Position numbers and translations under genes: made by a program. From assembly GCA_964019425.1 (NCBI GenBank), contig OZ025781.1, forward strand, positions 62,001 to 126,000: a stretch of 64,000 nucleotides of DNA, written 5' to 3'. Source of the DNA: Flectonema sp. DT1601 (Eukaryota). This document shows, one piece after another, positions 1 through 10,001 of the stretch. Within the stretch, counting starts at the first letter, position 1. Each line of letters starts with the position of its first letter. The notes beneath the pieces are model-generated. The model saw only the letters and a list, made by a program, of their open reading frames with translations, was not told the DNA's origin and did no database searches.

Positions 1-312
1 ATGATTTCCTAACAACAACTAACATAAATGAAATCAACGAGTTCCAATACACGAACTACCAGAGTACCACAAGCATACTGACGGTTGCCAAGTGTTATAA
101 ACGAAAGCAAGACACTCTCTTAATGTAATCACGAGATACATTAATTCACAAATACTCAAGAATGGAACCATCTGCTTGTGGTGGGCTCAAGGGGGGGTTA
201 TTTTTTCAAAAGTTCTCGTACGAAAGAAAGAATAAGGAGTATTCCAAAATAATCTTTTTACTTTTCTTTTTTTTTTTTTTTTTCTCGTAATTTTCTTTTC
301 TCCAATAGATTA

Positions 313-1107
313 TCACAAATACTTGTTCCACTCGGACCAGGACCCGACGTACATTTTTGGTAAACCAAGACCAGCATGAACAATAGAAGCAGCAGTCACA
401 CAGGCGGTGACACCAGAGCCGCAGTACACGACGGACTTGTCTGCAGGGACGCCAGAGAGAGTTGTCTCGCAGAGAGTGCGGAGTTTGTCATCTGCGAGGA
501 TCGCACCGTCTTCATCGAAATTTGAAGAAAACGGATGATTTACAGCTCCCTCAATGTGTCCTGGCTTTGGATCAGGGAAACATGGTTCTGTAGTCGATTC
601 GTATCTTGGCTTACCTCTACAGTCGATAATCTTTTCAAAAGACAAAACGTTCTCTCTTTGAACTGTTGAGGTTCCCCAGGTGTTCTCTAAATCTATTTTA
701 GTAGGTTCGTAGGTCTTTGGCTGGTCGGTTTCGATGGGTCCTCCGATCTTCTCCCAGGCTGCCCTGTCGCCTTCTAAAATATTAACATTCTTAAAACCTA
801 AAGTGTAAAGCATCCACCAAACACGTGCAGCAGCATCTCCGTAGGCAATAATGTTGTCGTCTTTTTGAAGAGCGCAGGTCTCAATCCAAGTTTTGAATTT
901 ATCGAACTCTGGTAGCGGATGTCTACCCGTCTTCTCTGTCATAGCGCCACTCAACACCTCCAAATCGAAGAACACTGCTCCAGGAATTCTGCTTCCCTTG
1001 TAAGCTTCTGGCCCATGTGCGAGGTTCCTAAGACTCCAAGTTGCGTCTACGAAACGGACGCGCTCGAGGGCAATTGCCTGTCTCGCTGCGATAAATACCT
1101 TAGTCAT
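313..1107 (-). CDS. MPST: 3-mercaptopyruvate/thiosulfate sulfurtransferase (tandem rhodanese), 264 aa
   Basis: RIPGAVFFD, AARVWWML, PGHIEGAVNHP, active-site loop CGSGVTAC (MST type), C-terminal MYVGSWSEW; TTCAG acceptor 13 nt before the ATG. Confidence 0.9.
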   Translation of the reverse strand: MTKVFIAARQAIALERVRFVDATWSLRNLAHGPEAYKGSRIPGAVFFDLEVLSGAMTEKTGRHPLPEFDKFKTWIETCALQKDDNIIAYGDAAARVWWMLYTLGFKNVNILEGDRAAWEKIGGPIETDQPKTYEPTKIDLENTWGTSTVQRENVLSFEKIIDCRGKPRYESTTEPCFPDPKPGHIEGAVNHPFSSNFDEDGAILADDKLRTLCETTLSGVPADKSVVYCGSGVTACVTAASIVHAGLGLPKMYVGSWSEWNKYL

Positions 1108-1480
1108 GGTGTAGCTGGTGCTGAATTATATGATTATAATAATTAATTTATAACACAAAACATAACATAAGAAACAATATCCCTTCAGGCTCCCCGTTAC
1201 GTTGGAAGACAGATCTCTCTTACAACAAAATTAACCTCTCTCTCCAACATGTGTGAACTCATGCTTGAATAAAATAAAATAATGGTAAATATCTTTCTCA
1301 CTGCCAAACTATTACCGTTGTGTGTTTTTATTTTTTTCCTTTGTTGCATTTGTGTGTGCAAGGGTAGCTATTCGGATGCCACCATCGCCGTTGCCTCTTC
1401 AGGTTACTAAATTCGTTATTTTCTTTTTAATAAATAACAAGGACGGTTGCTATTCGTGTGTAAGGAGCGAAGTCAGACGT

Positions 1481-1813
1481 CTAATGACAGGAGTAGTTGT
1501 AGCTCTTGAACTGTTTTTGTTTGTTTGGTAATTTATTTTCATTTCTTCATACACATGAGTACCAATTAATATAAAGAACTGATATCAAAAGGAAACACAT
1601 ACCGCAAAGTCTGGTCCGCTTCCCTCCTTTCTTACTCCAGCGCATACCGGACGTGCGCTGGTGATGATGGCACGTGGTCCGAAGGTTACGTCCTTTGTGG
1701 CGACCTGTTTTTGATTAGCTTTTGACGATCATAATCAGTTTTCATTACCAAAATAAAACAAAACAACATACGGTGGAGTATCCTCCGAAGGTTGAGGCGT
1801 CGAATCCTGGCAT
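1481..1813 (-). CDS. Three-exon 57-aa protein of unknown function (exons 1813-1772, 1704-1603, 1510-1481)
   Basis: Two phase-0 introns, GTATGT...AAAAACAG (1771-1705 and 1602-1511), join GC-richer exons into MPGFDASTFGGYSTVATKDVTFGPRAIITSARPVCAGVRKEGSGPDFAFKSYNYSCH*. Confidence 0.75.
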
Positions 1814-2207
1814 GTTGTTAAAGGGAGTGTGTGTCGTGTCTGGTTAAAAAAATAATAATTCAAACGCTACCCAACTCAATTTGTGATCACCCTACTTACT
1901 ATTCTGAACCTGTAGAAATATAAACAAGAATTAGAATGAGGGTAAGAACTGACTAGTAGTTTGACTCTTTTAATTAATTCTACGGAGTTTTTGTTTGTTT
2001 TATGTAATCTGTCAATGTTGCTGTCACTACAACAACTAGTGTTCTATTGTGTTTTATCAACTTGTAGTTGTCTGATGTAACAGCAGCAGCATTAATATAC
2101 GCTATTGGTGCTGGAATTATCGCGGGTGCTGGCACCAGAGTTATGTCCACCAAATTGATACTCACTGACAGATTTAAATATCTTCTCAGCTACCGGTCAG
2201 CTTCTGA

Positions 2208-3590
2208 CTACACCAACACGACAGATTCTTCGAATTTACCAAGACATTGATCAACCTTAACAAGTACTTGAGAGATTCTACCCTGACAAGCTTTAATCCG
2301 TGTTCCGGATATTAATTTATATACTTCAGGTGGTGTACGAGATTTCATTTGTTCATCAAAGTTACTAAGAGTTCGGAGATGTTCGATGACCGTCTTTTGA
2401 AATATACACATCGGCCATTCTTTTCCATTAATCGGATTTCGTTGTGGAGAATAGAAACACATTCCGTTATCGATATGAATAAATGATGGAGGACCTGGAT
2501 GAGGAGGGTCACGACATTTATTAACACAAGCACCGACAACGAAATTATTCTTATTAGGAGACCTATCGCTGTTGCCGAGGATGAAATCAAACGTTGCCAA
2601 CTCACTCAGGTGGTAAATTGAAGTTCTGATGTTTTCATCAAAAGGATGAAGCGGATCTAACCAACGAGCCCAAGAACCATTATGAGCTTTGTATGGGATG
2701 CTGAGAGTACTATCAAGAAACCGTCTAACATCAGCAATAAACAGTTGGACACTAACTCCTACATTCTCATCAGTCACTAAACCCTTCCCACTAACATACT
2801 TCACAAAGTCTTGGTGTAGCCATTCTTCATAAGTTGAGATCCCAGCTTCCTTAGCAAACTTTTCAACCATTTTTTTATTCTTTTCCTGACCATGAACAGC
2901 AGCGTCAACAATTTTTTGTACCGGGACTTGAACCCAAGCCGTTGGAGGTACTCTGTTGATATGTAACACCCTGTCGGCATTGTAGGCACCGACTTCTGAC
3001 ATAGCCTCTGCTGGAAATGATCGCTGTGGGACCTTAACAATAGCGCTGATTCGTTTGTCGGTGAATGTTATTTTAAATTTTATAGTCCGTTGATCGAATA
3101 CTTGTTTCATTGGTTCAATATGATCCCAGTTCTTCATGTCCGATAAGTATTCGAGACACTTCGTATCAGAGTCAGGATTGAAAGGAACTGTGAAGATATC
3201 ACAACCAGTCGAAGGTTTCAAGTCGCTGTAGCTTTCATCCAAATCAGTCCAACGGGTTTGGTCGGTCGTTGATCGCAGCATCTTCTCAATAGTAGTTAAG
3301 GATGAGTCGATTGAAGTGACTTTATATTTCTTCTTCTTCTCAGGTTTTGGAGTTTCTTCATCAAAGCTATCGTCAGTAATCGGTTCTGGAGTCTTCTTCT
3401 TCTTCTTTTTCTTAATAATCTTCTTCTCCGAATCTTCTAATCCGTGAGAAGGTTTCTTCCCCCCGTTTGGGATGTGTTGATGAATTCTATTTTTTTTTGA
3501 TGATGTTTTTTGAAGCGTTCCTGCCACCCAAAACATCACAACACAGAATGCCAATATCATAGCGAACCCAATTCGTATTGAGGGACGCAT
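2208..3590 (-). CDS. Fam20/four-jointed-type secretory-pathway (Golgi) kinase, type II membrane protein, 460 aa
   Basis: N-terminal signal anchor and Lys-rich stem; SEVGAYNADRVLHINRVPP, FDFILGNSDR and HIDNG match Fam20C motifs (EIAAFHLDRILDFRRVPP, FDFLMGNMDR, HLDNG). Confidence 0.8.
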   Translation of the reverse strand: MRPSIRIGFAMILAFCVVMFWVAGTLQKTSSKKNRIHQHIPNGGKKPSHGLEDSEKKIIKKKKKKKTPEPITDDSFDEETPKPEKKKKYKVTSIDSSLTTIEKMLRSTTDQTRWTDLDESYSDLKPSTGCDIFTVPFNPDSDTKCLEYLSDMKNWDHIEPMKQVFDQRTIKFKITFTDKRISAIVKVPQRSFPAEAMSEVGAYNADRVLHINRVPPTAWVQVPVQKIVDAAVHGQEKNKKMVEKFAKEAGISTYEEWLHQDFVKYVSGKGLVTDENVGVSVQLFIADVRRFLDSTLSIPYKAHNGSWARWLDPLHPFDENIRTSIYHLSELATFDFILGNSDRSPNKNNFVVGACVNKCRDPPHPGPPSFIHIDNGMCFYSPQRNPINGKEWPMCIFQKTVIEHLRTLSNFDEQMKSRTPPEVYKLISGTRIKACQGRISQVLVKVDQCLGKFEESVVLV

Positions 3591-3919
3591 TTCGTACCAA
3601 GTCCTGTTGTATGAGAAAAGTTTTTGTTTTGTTTTTTTTCAAAATAACAACATTCCGAAGCGACTGTTCCCTGGAAAGGAAACGCAACTGCATAAGCAAA
3701 AGCTGCCGTCAGGCGTGGGCAAAGTAAAAGAAAACATTCAAAGAAAAGTTGTAAAGTCATCCACCGAATTACTGAACAACAACTAGTCCGAAGGAAGTTA
3801 CTTTCCTTCAGAAACTAATAAATAAAAAAGCAGAAGTCCAACGTAACTGAACTATTCATAAAATAAATTATCTGCCAACCCTCCCCCTCCCGTATCGTAT
3901 CAAAGTTCCCCTGTGTTCA

Positions 3920-5722
3920 CTAACTGATGTTATAATTGACGAGGGGTGGTAGAACCCTCCTCCTCACAGTGGAGGTATTCTTAGTGCTGGTAGGCGGATC
4001 AACCGATTCCTGTTGTGGTGTGCACGCGAGAAGTTTTTGTAGCTTCGATGGCTTACTGCGACCAGCAGGAATCCACGGAGGTATATTATGTCCCCTCTGT
4101 CGGGAGTGAAATGAGATCCCCGGCAGCTGACGAAAAGGAAGCAAACCTTTTTCTATGAGTGAAAGAGATCTATCCGACAGGTACTTCGGAGGCAGGTAAT
4201 CAGAATTCGAATATTTACTCAAAACTCTAATGGGGTAGGCACACGGCAAGTCGAGAGGACCTTTTCTCACAATTGTTGAAGAATCAGACGGCAGAGACAG
4301 CAACTCTTTTGGAATAAGAGGCAACCTGACTCCAACAGGTAATGATTTCATTACATTCTTCTTAAGCAGCTTTGAGAGCCAACTGTACTCAGAATTACAA
4401 GCAGCCATGTCAACTATTGTTTTGTAAGCTGGGGCTGCACGTAAATTCGCCAAAAGTGAAACCGCAACGCCATTCAATTCACCCAACTTGTGAACTGATC
4501 GAAGTTTAGCAATCGTGTGCCAGTTTTCAACTGGTATTTCCTTCGGATGAGAGTTGTAAGTTTCGACAGGTAGCTGTGTCTGAAGTAACAGTTCCTCACC
4601 ATTTCCTCCCTTCGTCAAACACGACAACGTAACTACATGAAACCCAGCGACTGGAATAGTTATGAAGGCGATAAACACACCACTGTCACACTGTTCAATG
4701 TTAACTGTTCCTCCTGATACTTCACAACCATCAATTGTTAAGGAAGTTGTTACAGAGTCAGGTATTATGTTTGGTAATAACACTTCCATATTATTTATAA
4801 GAAAGAAACAAATCGGAGGAGTGATAACTCTGTCTACCTCACTCAAGTATAGTAAGTCATCAGTACTCGATAACTCAACCAACGTATTGGCAGAAGTTGA
4901 CCACTGCGAGTTGTTTTGAATGACTGCACGCTGTGGCACTAGTCGAATGTCAAATGGAACGTGTTTCTCAGAAGATATTCTTCTTCGAGTTCCTACTAAG
5001 TTCTCAGCGCTGTTTTCATAGTCGTTGATACCACACTTTTGATTGAGTTGTTTATCATTACCAAGTTCATCTTCTTTTAGTATTTTATTGTTGTTGTTAT
5101 CGTCTTCTGTCTTCTCACGTTGGTAAGGATGGTCTGCTTTATTTCTTTGAGACATTATATTCGGATTGTTCTCGTGTGTATTTGTTGTTAGTTTGGATGC
5201 AATCTGTTGTGATGGTGAGATGATTACTTCACTTGTTTCTTCATTTGAGACATGTTTGTCGTAATTACTAATTTGATGTTCTTCAGATTCTTTCATCTGC
5301 GTATCGCGTACGTTACCAGCTGCAGATTTTTCTTCTTCAACATTTTCATGCGAATTTTCTTCTTCTCCTCTCTCAGAGTGATCATTGATTCCTAACACAT
5401 TGTCGTCTATATCGATTCCCTCTGCAAGCATTTTTTTCATCGCTTCAATTCGATCAAGTCGCTGTTTCAGTTTTTTTCTTGCGTAGTAACCTGCAATTAT
5501 GTTTTGAAGTTTAAGTCGACTTTGGGCAGCGGATCGCAGATAATTCTTCTGAAGTACAGCCTTCCGAATGTGGTATAAACCTTGAACAGTAGTTGCACAT
5601 TTAGTTATGATGGTAAACCTCGTTAGCAATCCTCTTCCGTTTTTTTGAATGATCAAGCAGGCGTCTTCAGCACTGCCTTGCAGATCTTCCAACACACCTT
5701 GTAAAATATCATCGATCTCCAT
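3920..5722 (-). CDS. IQ-motif-containing protein with a possible filamin-like Ig segment
   Basis: IQKNGRGLLTR and LQNIIAGYYARKKL IQ motifs; start placed at MEIDDIL (5722), just after an ACAG acceptor at 5743-5746. Confidence 0.6.
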   Translation of the reverse strand: MEIDDILQGVLEDLQGSAEDACLIIQKNGRGLLTRFTIITKCATTVQGLYHIRKAVLQKNYLRSAAQSRLKLQNIIAGYYARKKLKQRLDRIEAMKKMLAEGIDIDDNVLGINDHSERGEEENSHENVEEEKSAAGNVRDTQMKESEEHQISNYDKHVSNEETSEVIISPSQQIASKLTTNTHENNPNIMSQRNKADHPYQREKTEDDNNNNKILKEDELGNDKQLNQKCGINDYENSAENLVGTRRRISSEKHVPFDIRLVPQRAVIQNNSQWSTSANTLVELSSTDDLLYLSEVDRVITPPICFFLINNMEVLLPNIIPDSVTTSLTIDGCEVSGGTVNIEQCDSGVFIAFITIPVAGFHVVTLSCLTKGGNGEELLLQTQLPVETYNSHPKEIPVENWHTIAKLRSVHKLGELNGVAVSLLANLRAAPAYKTIVDMAACNSEYSWLSKLLKKNVMKSLPVGVRLPLIPKELLSLPSDSSTIVRKGPLDLPCAYPIRVLSKYSNSDYLPPKYLSDRSLSLIEKGLLPFRQLPGISFHSRQRGHNIPPWIPAGRSKPSKLQKLLACTPQQESVDPPTSTKNTSTVRRRVLPPLVNYNIS

Positions 5723-6614
5723 TGTAATCAACCGCTTCTTATCTGTTGTGTAATTTTCATGTTTTTTCGGTAGTAGGAAGGAAATACAACTATAGAAATG
5801 AATAACCATTATAAGTTAAGTTATTGTATACTGAAAACGAAATCCTTCTTCTCTCTTTTATCTGTCGTAGGTTGGGTTGGATCTGGTAAGCAGAATAGAT
5901 TTAAAAAAAAAAAAAAAAAAAAAACGTAATTTAAAATATAAAAAAGAAAAAAAAAAGTTATTTCGGCACAAACACGTCATCTGGTGAGTTGACGGGCGTG
6001 CGAGACGGGTGAGTCACAAACGTTTTTTTTTTTTTTTTTTTTGAGACTTTTCTGACCCTGAAAACTAAATTAGAAACCTTTACTTCGATCAATAGAATTG
6101 ATCACCAAGTAGGGCATTGAATTGGGTATGGATGGGAATGAAATAAAAGCGATTTTTTTTTTTTTTTTTTATACAAATTGTTTATATGTGAGTCACAAGA
6201 AGCGACTTCCCCTAAAGTCAAACAGACTGCAATCTGTTGAAGACTTCCCAGCAGCTGTTTCAATACAAAATCATTATCAGAGTCGCAGAATTGTTTTTCG
6301 GTTTGCGAAATTTGATACAAAAGAATTTGGAAATCGTCACCAACACTACCCTCCTTGATGAGATCAGTACTGTACTTAAATAGTTAGCGAGTTCAATGAT
6401 TGCCACCGATTGAACCTAATCTCTAAAAAGATCACTTTTAACATATTCTAAGTAGTAGTTGAGAACAACTCTTTTATACCACCGCAGTTGATAAACAGAC
6501 GTCGGCACCTCCTTCACGATGTTGAAACATTTCAGTGGACGCGCTGAAGTCACTTCTGAATCTGAACTTTGAACAGGAAGGGAGTGAATAAAGGTATCAA
6601 AGGGAAAAGAAAGA

Positions 6615-6658
<44 letters not shown>

Positions 6659-7695
6659 GAGAAAATATGAAATCAAATTCCACTTTTTCTTCCTCCTCAT
6701 TCTTTCCTTTTTTTTTTTTTTTTTTTTTTAATTTTTTTTTTTTCTCTCCTTCCAGATGAGATAGGTGTTAGTGATAATGAAAAAAAACTGATGAAGTTGA
6801 CAACCACTGAAATGGTTTGAACAACAAAATTGATATAGAGGGACATACACCCCTTCCGAAAATAAAAAAAAATTACCAACCAATTATACCACTTCACGTT
6901 ATCCAACTTATTAAATATAAAGCGGATGCTCTGATACTAAACAAAAACGGAGCGCTTCAACCAAAGAGCAGTCAAACATGGAAATAGAGGCTGGTAGTAG
7001 TGAAAAGGAAGATAGTTTTTTTTTTTTTTTTTTTTTTTTCTTTTTCAAAAAAGGCCATCAGCCACATTTTTATGACAATAATGAAAAAAAGAAAAAAAGA
7101 AGAGAGAAAAAAAAAAACAGATTTTTTTTTTGCCATCGTAGGCAAAACCGAGAACGTTTTTTTTTTTTTTTTTTTTTTTAAAATACTCGAAGAAGAAACA
7201 AACCAACGAAACCACAAAACGTTTCTGTTTCAGACTCTGACCACTTCTCTCACAGAGGAGTTACAACTACCTGAGAGGATTCTGATAAACGAGCAGCCAG
7301 ACTCAGTCCATGGAACTTCGTTTTTCTCTTTTTTCTCCTCGTGTTTTGAACAAGAAAGCTGTTTCACAACAACAACAAAAAAAAAAAAAAATACTAACAG
7401 AATTTCAGTAAAACAATAAGACGTTTTTTTCCCTTACCATCTGCTGCAGCTTTTCCTCCCTTTCCACGGAAGCAAAGCAAAATAATAATATCGTGTGTGT
7501 GATCCTTGCATCTACAGGAACAGAATCAAACCATACAGAAAACAGTTAAAGACAGGGGGGAATTATATACCCTACAACAAAAGAACTCGGGGAGAAGAAC
7601 AAAAAGGATAATTATAAATTAGCCCGCATTACTCACATATTTCACTCGCGATGCACGCAGGCTTATGTCGGACTTCGGATGTGGCGATGTTTTGA

Positions 7696-9286
7696 TTAGT
7701 TTGACTTCTTCTTGCCTGAGAGAGCCTTAGTGACTTGCTCTTGAACCTTCTCTCGGAGACTGTTTTTTTTTTTATTATTGTTTTGTTTTGTTAAGTAAAG
7801 TAGATTGTCGTTGTAAAGTATAACAGTTCTCACATACGCAAACTCTAACGATGCGATGTACACGGATCTGAATAAGGACATTCCCATTCCCTTAAACATT
7901 CCTGCGACACCTTCTTCTCTGAGTACCTGTTTTTTTTTTTTTTTAAATTAATTTAACACCTGCTTATATTTAATCAGATAAAGCAATGCACACCGTTGAG
8001 AAGGTAACGAGTGTTGATGGATATTTCTCCTTTCCAAAGAGTCCCATTCTAATTTTCGCCATCAGAATAGGAAACGTTAAAGCAGAAGCAACAGCTTTAG
8101 CCGTAGCTCCGATTGCAAGAGTTTCGTATGGAGTGAGTTTGGATTGGAGTTCCTTTTGGTCTTTGTTGGCATTCTTTCTGCGGATGACGACTGCTTTCAG
8201 TTCATCAAAGACGTAGAATGTAATACAAGGATTAACAGCGAGGATGAGAGATGGTCCAAGTCCATGCCACAGTGACAGGAACCCGTCAGAGTTAATAATC
8301 TCCGACAGAACTGAAAAAATACCTTTTCCAGCACCTCCTTGTCCTTGCATACGGAAAGTAACAGTCGAGAGTGGTGTCACAACGAAGGCAGCAAAACAAC
8401 CTGCCAAGACACCGAGAAGAAGTCGAACTGGGTCACTTAACTGTTGAGTAGGTGACTTAAAGAAAGCGACAAGCTTTGCATATGCCGTGTGATATGTTGT
8501 GTTTTGGACTGTGTGAGATACGGCGTGTGATGACCAACCTCTGTATGCGGCAGAGAATCCTTCTTCAGTGAGAAGTTTAAAAAGTACTTGAAATCCATAA
8601 ATCATATCACCACGTCCTTCAGTCTGTAGTCTAGTTCTAACAACATCAAGTGGGTAACCACAACTCATACTTGCGATTCCAGAAATAGCAGCAGCGATAA
8701 ATGGAATAGCTGTTCCTGATTCCTTCTTCTCGAACTCTTCCGGACATGAAGCCTGCAAGTGATCAACTAATCTAACTAGTCTGTTTGATGTACTTCTTCT
8801 AACATGATCACGAAGTGATAAGGCTAAGTTATTACAAATAGCACGAAGTAAGACAGGGTCTTCTCTAAGAAGATTATCTAATTCACTTCTTTTAATACTG
8901 GCACACCTCGCAGTGTCAGATTCAACGAGAACAGTACTAGAAGCTTTATCACTACCGCATATCATGTGAAGCTGTCCAATTTGACCACCTTTGTTGATGT
9001 ACTCGACGATTTCAGCGTTGTTGCCGGATCTTTCACTTTGAAATTTAGCTAAACTGCCTTCCATAACACAGTAGAGAGAGTAGACGGGTTTTCCAATTGT
9101 TTGAACGACGTCTCTGAATTGCATGTCTGTGACCTCAACGAGTTCGACAATCACCTTCATTTGAGCTTCACTTAAGAATCCTCTCACTCTTCCTCCTTCA
9201 ATACGAAATATTGATAATGAAGACAGCAGACTCTTAGCCTCAGTCTGATCCGATTCGGACAGTTCCGCGAACGGGATCGACTTCAT
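7696..9286 (-). CDS. cNMP-binding-like domain fused to an SLC25 carrier of peroxisomal adenine-nucleotide/CoA (SLC25A17/Ant1-like) type; exons 9286-7994, 7926-7838, 7759-7696
   Basis: N-terminal CAP/cNMP-like fold (GKPVYSLYCVMEGSL...GGQIGQLHMI); three carrier signatures PLDVVRTRLQ, PLSTVTFRMQ, PILMAKIRMG; GLGPSLILAVNP; splicing of introns 7993-7927 and 7837-7760 restores the third repeat (VLREEGVAGMFKG). Confidence 0.85.
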
Positions 9287-10001
9287 TTTATCAAATCCTT
9301 TGAGATCTCTGTTGTTTTGATTTTAAAAATTATAACAAATATTAACAAAACAATTAATTTGAGACTTCGAAACACACTAACCTGTTTTTATGACTGAAGG
9401 TTCACACTTATTTTATTTTCTTCTTTTTTTTTTTTTCTCCTCCCGCAAATTTTCAAAATCCTTTTCCATATCTTTTTCTTTTCTTTTGTTCTTTTCTTTT
9501 TTTTTTTTTTGATTTCTGTCGGCCTTCCATGATCACTTACGTATGTAATAGCAACTCGGTTAGTGCCCGAAGATGATTGGGTATAAGGGAGAAAGGGAAA
9601 TGTATTTAAAAGAAACTGAACGAGACGCGCGATCACTATCCCCGCAGCCCCAGATGATAAGATGTGTAGTTCATCTATCTTAGCCTTAAGCACTATAGAG
9701 GGATACTAAAACTCACATCTAATTACTACATTCGAAAGAAAAGTCTAATTTGGGAGGAGCATTTCAATGGATTGCGAACTCACAACCAACAGCACCAAGT
9801 ATGTTAATCAACGTAGACAGATGACATTGTCCACGACCTCTTATTATTTAAAAGCTTATCGCTTTCTAAACTGAATTGTCCAGAATGTCTAATTCTGTTG
9901 GTTTTGTTATTTTTTTTTAAAATCTTCAACAGCTGGAGGAATGAGAGTATAATAACGTTACATACCTTTCGAGTAAAAGAATTAAATCCAATCTCAACAG
10001 T

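Noticed and set aside
7201..7230. AACCAACGA...GTTTCTGT, resembling the diplonemid spliced-leader exon as I recall it
   Set aside because: Middle and 3' end do not match, no GT donor or Sm site follows, single copy; likely chance.
5900..7500. Short K/F-rich ORFs here and at 15000-16130, 20650-24530, 32100-32900, 51800-54600, 60760-61700
   Set aside because: Translations of poly(A)/poly(T) tracts with no coding character.
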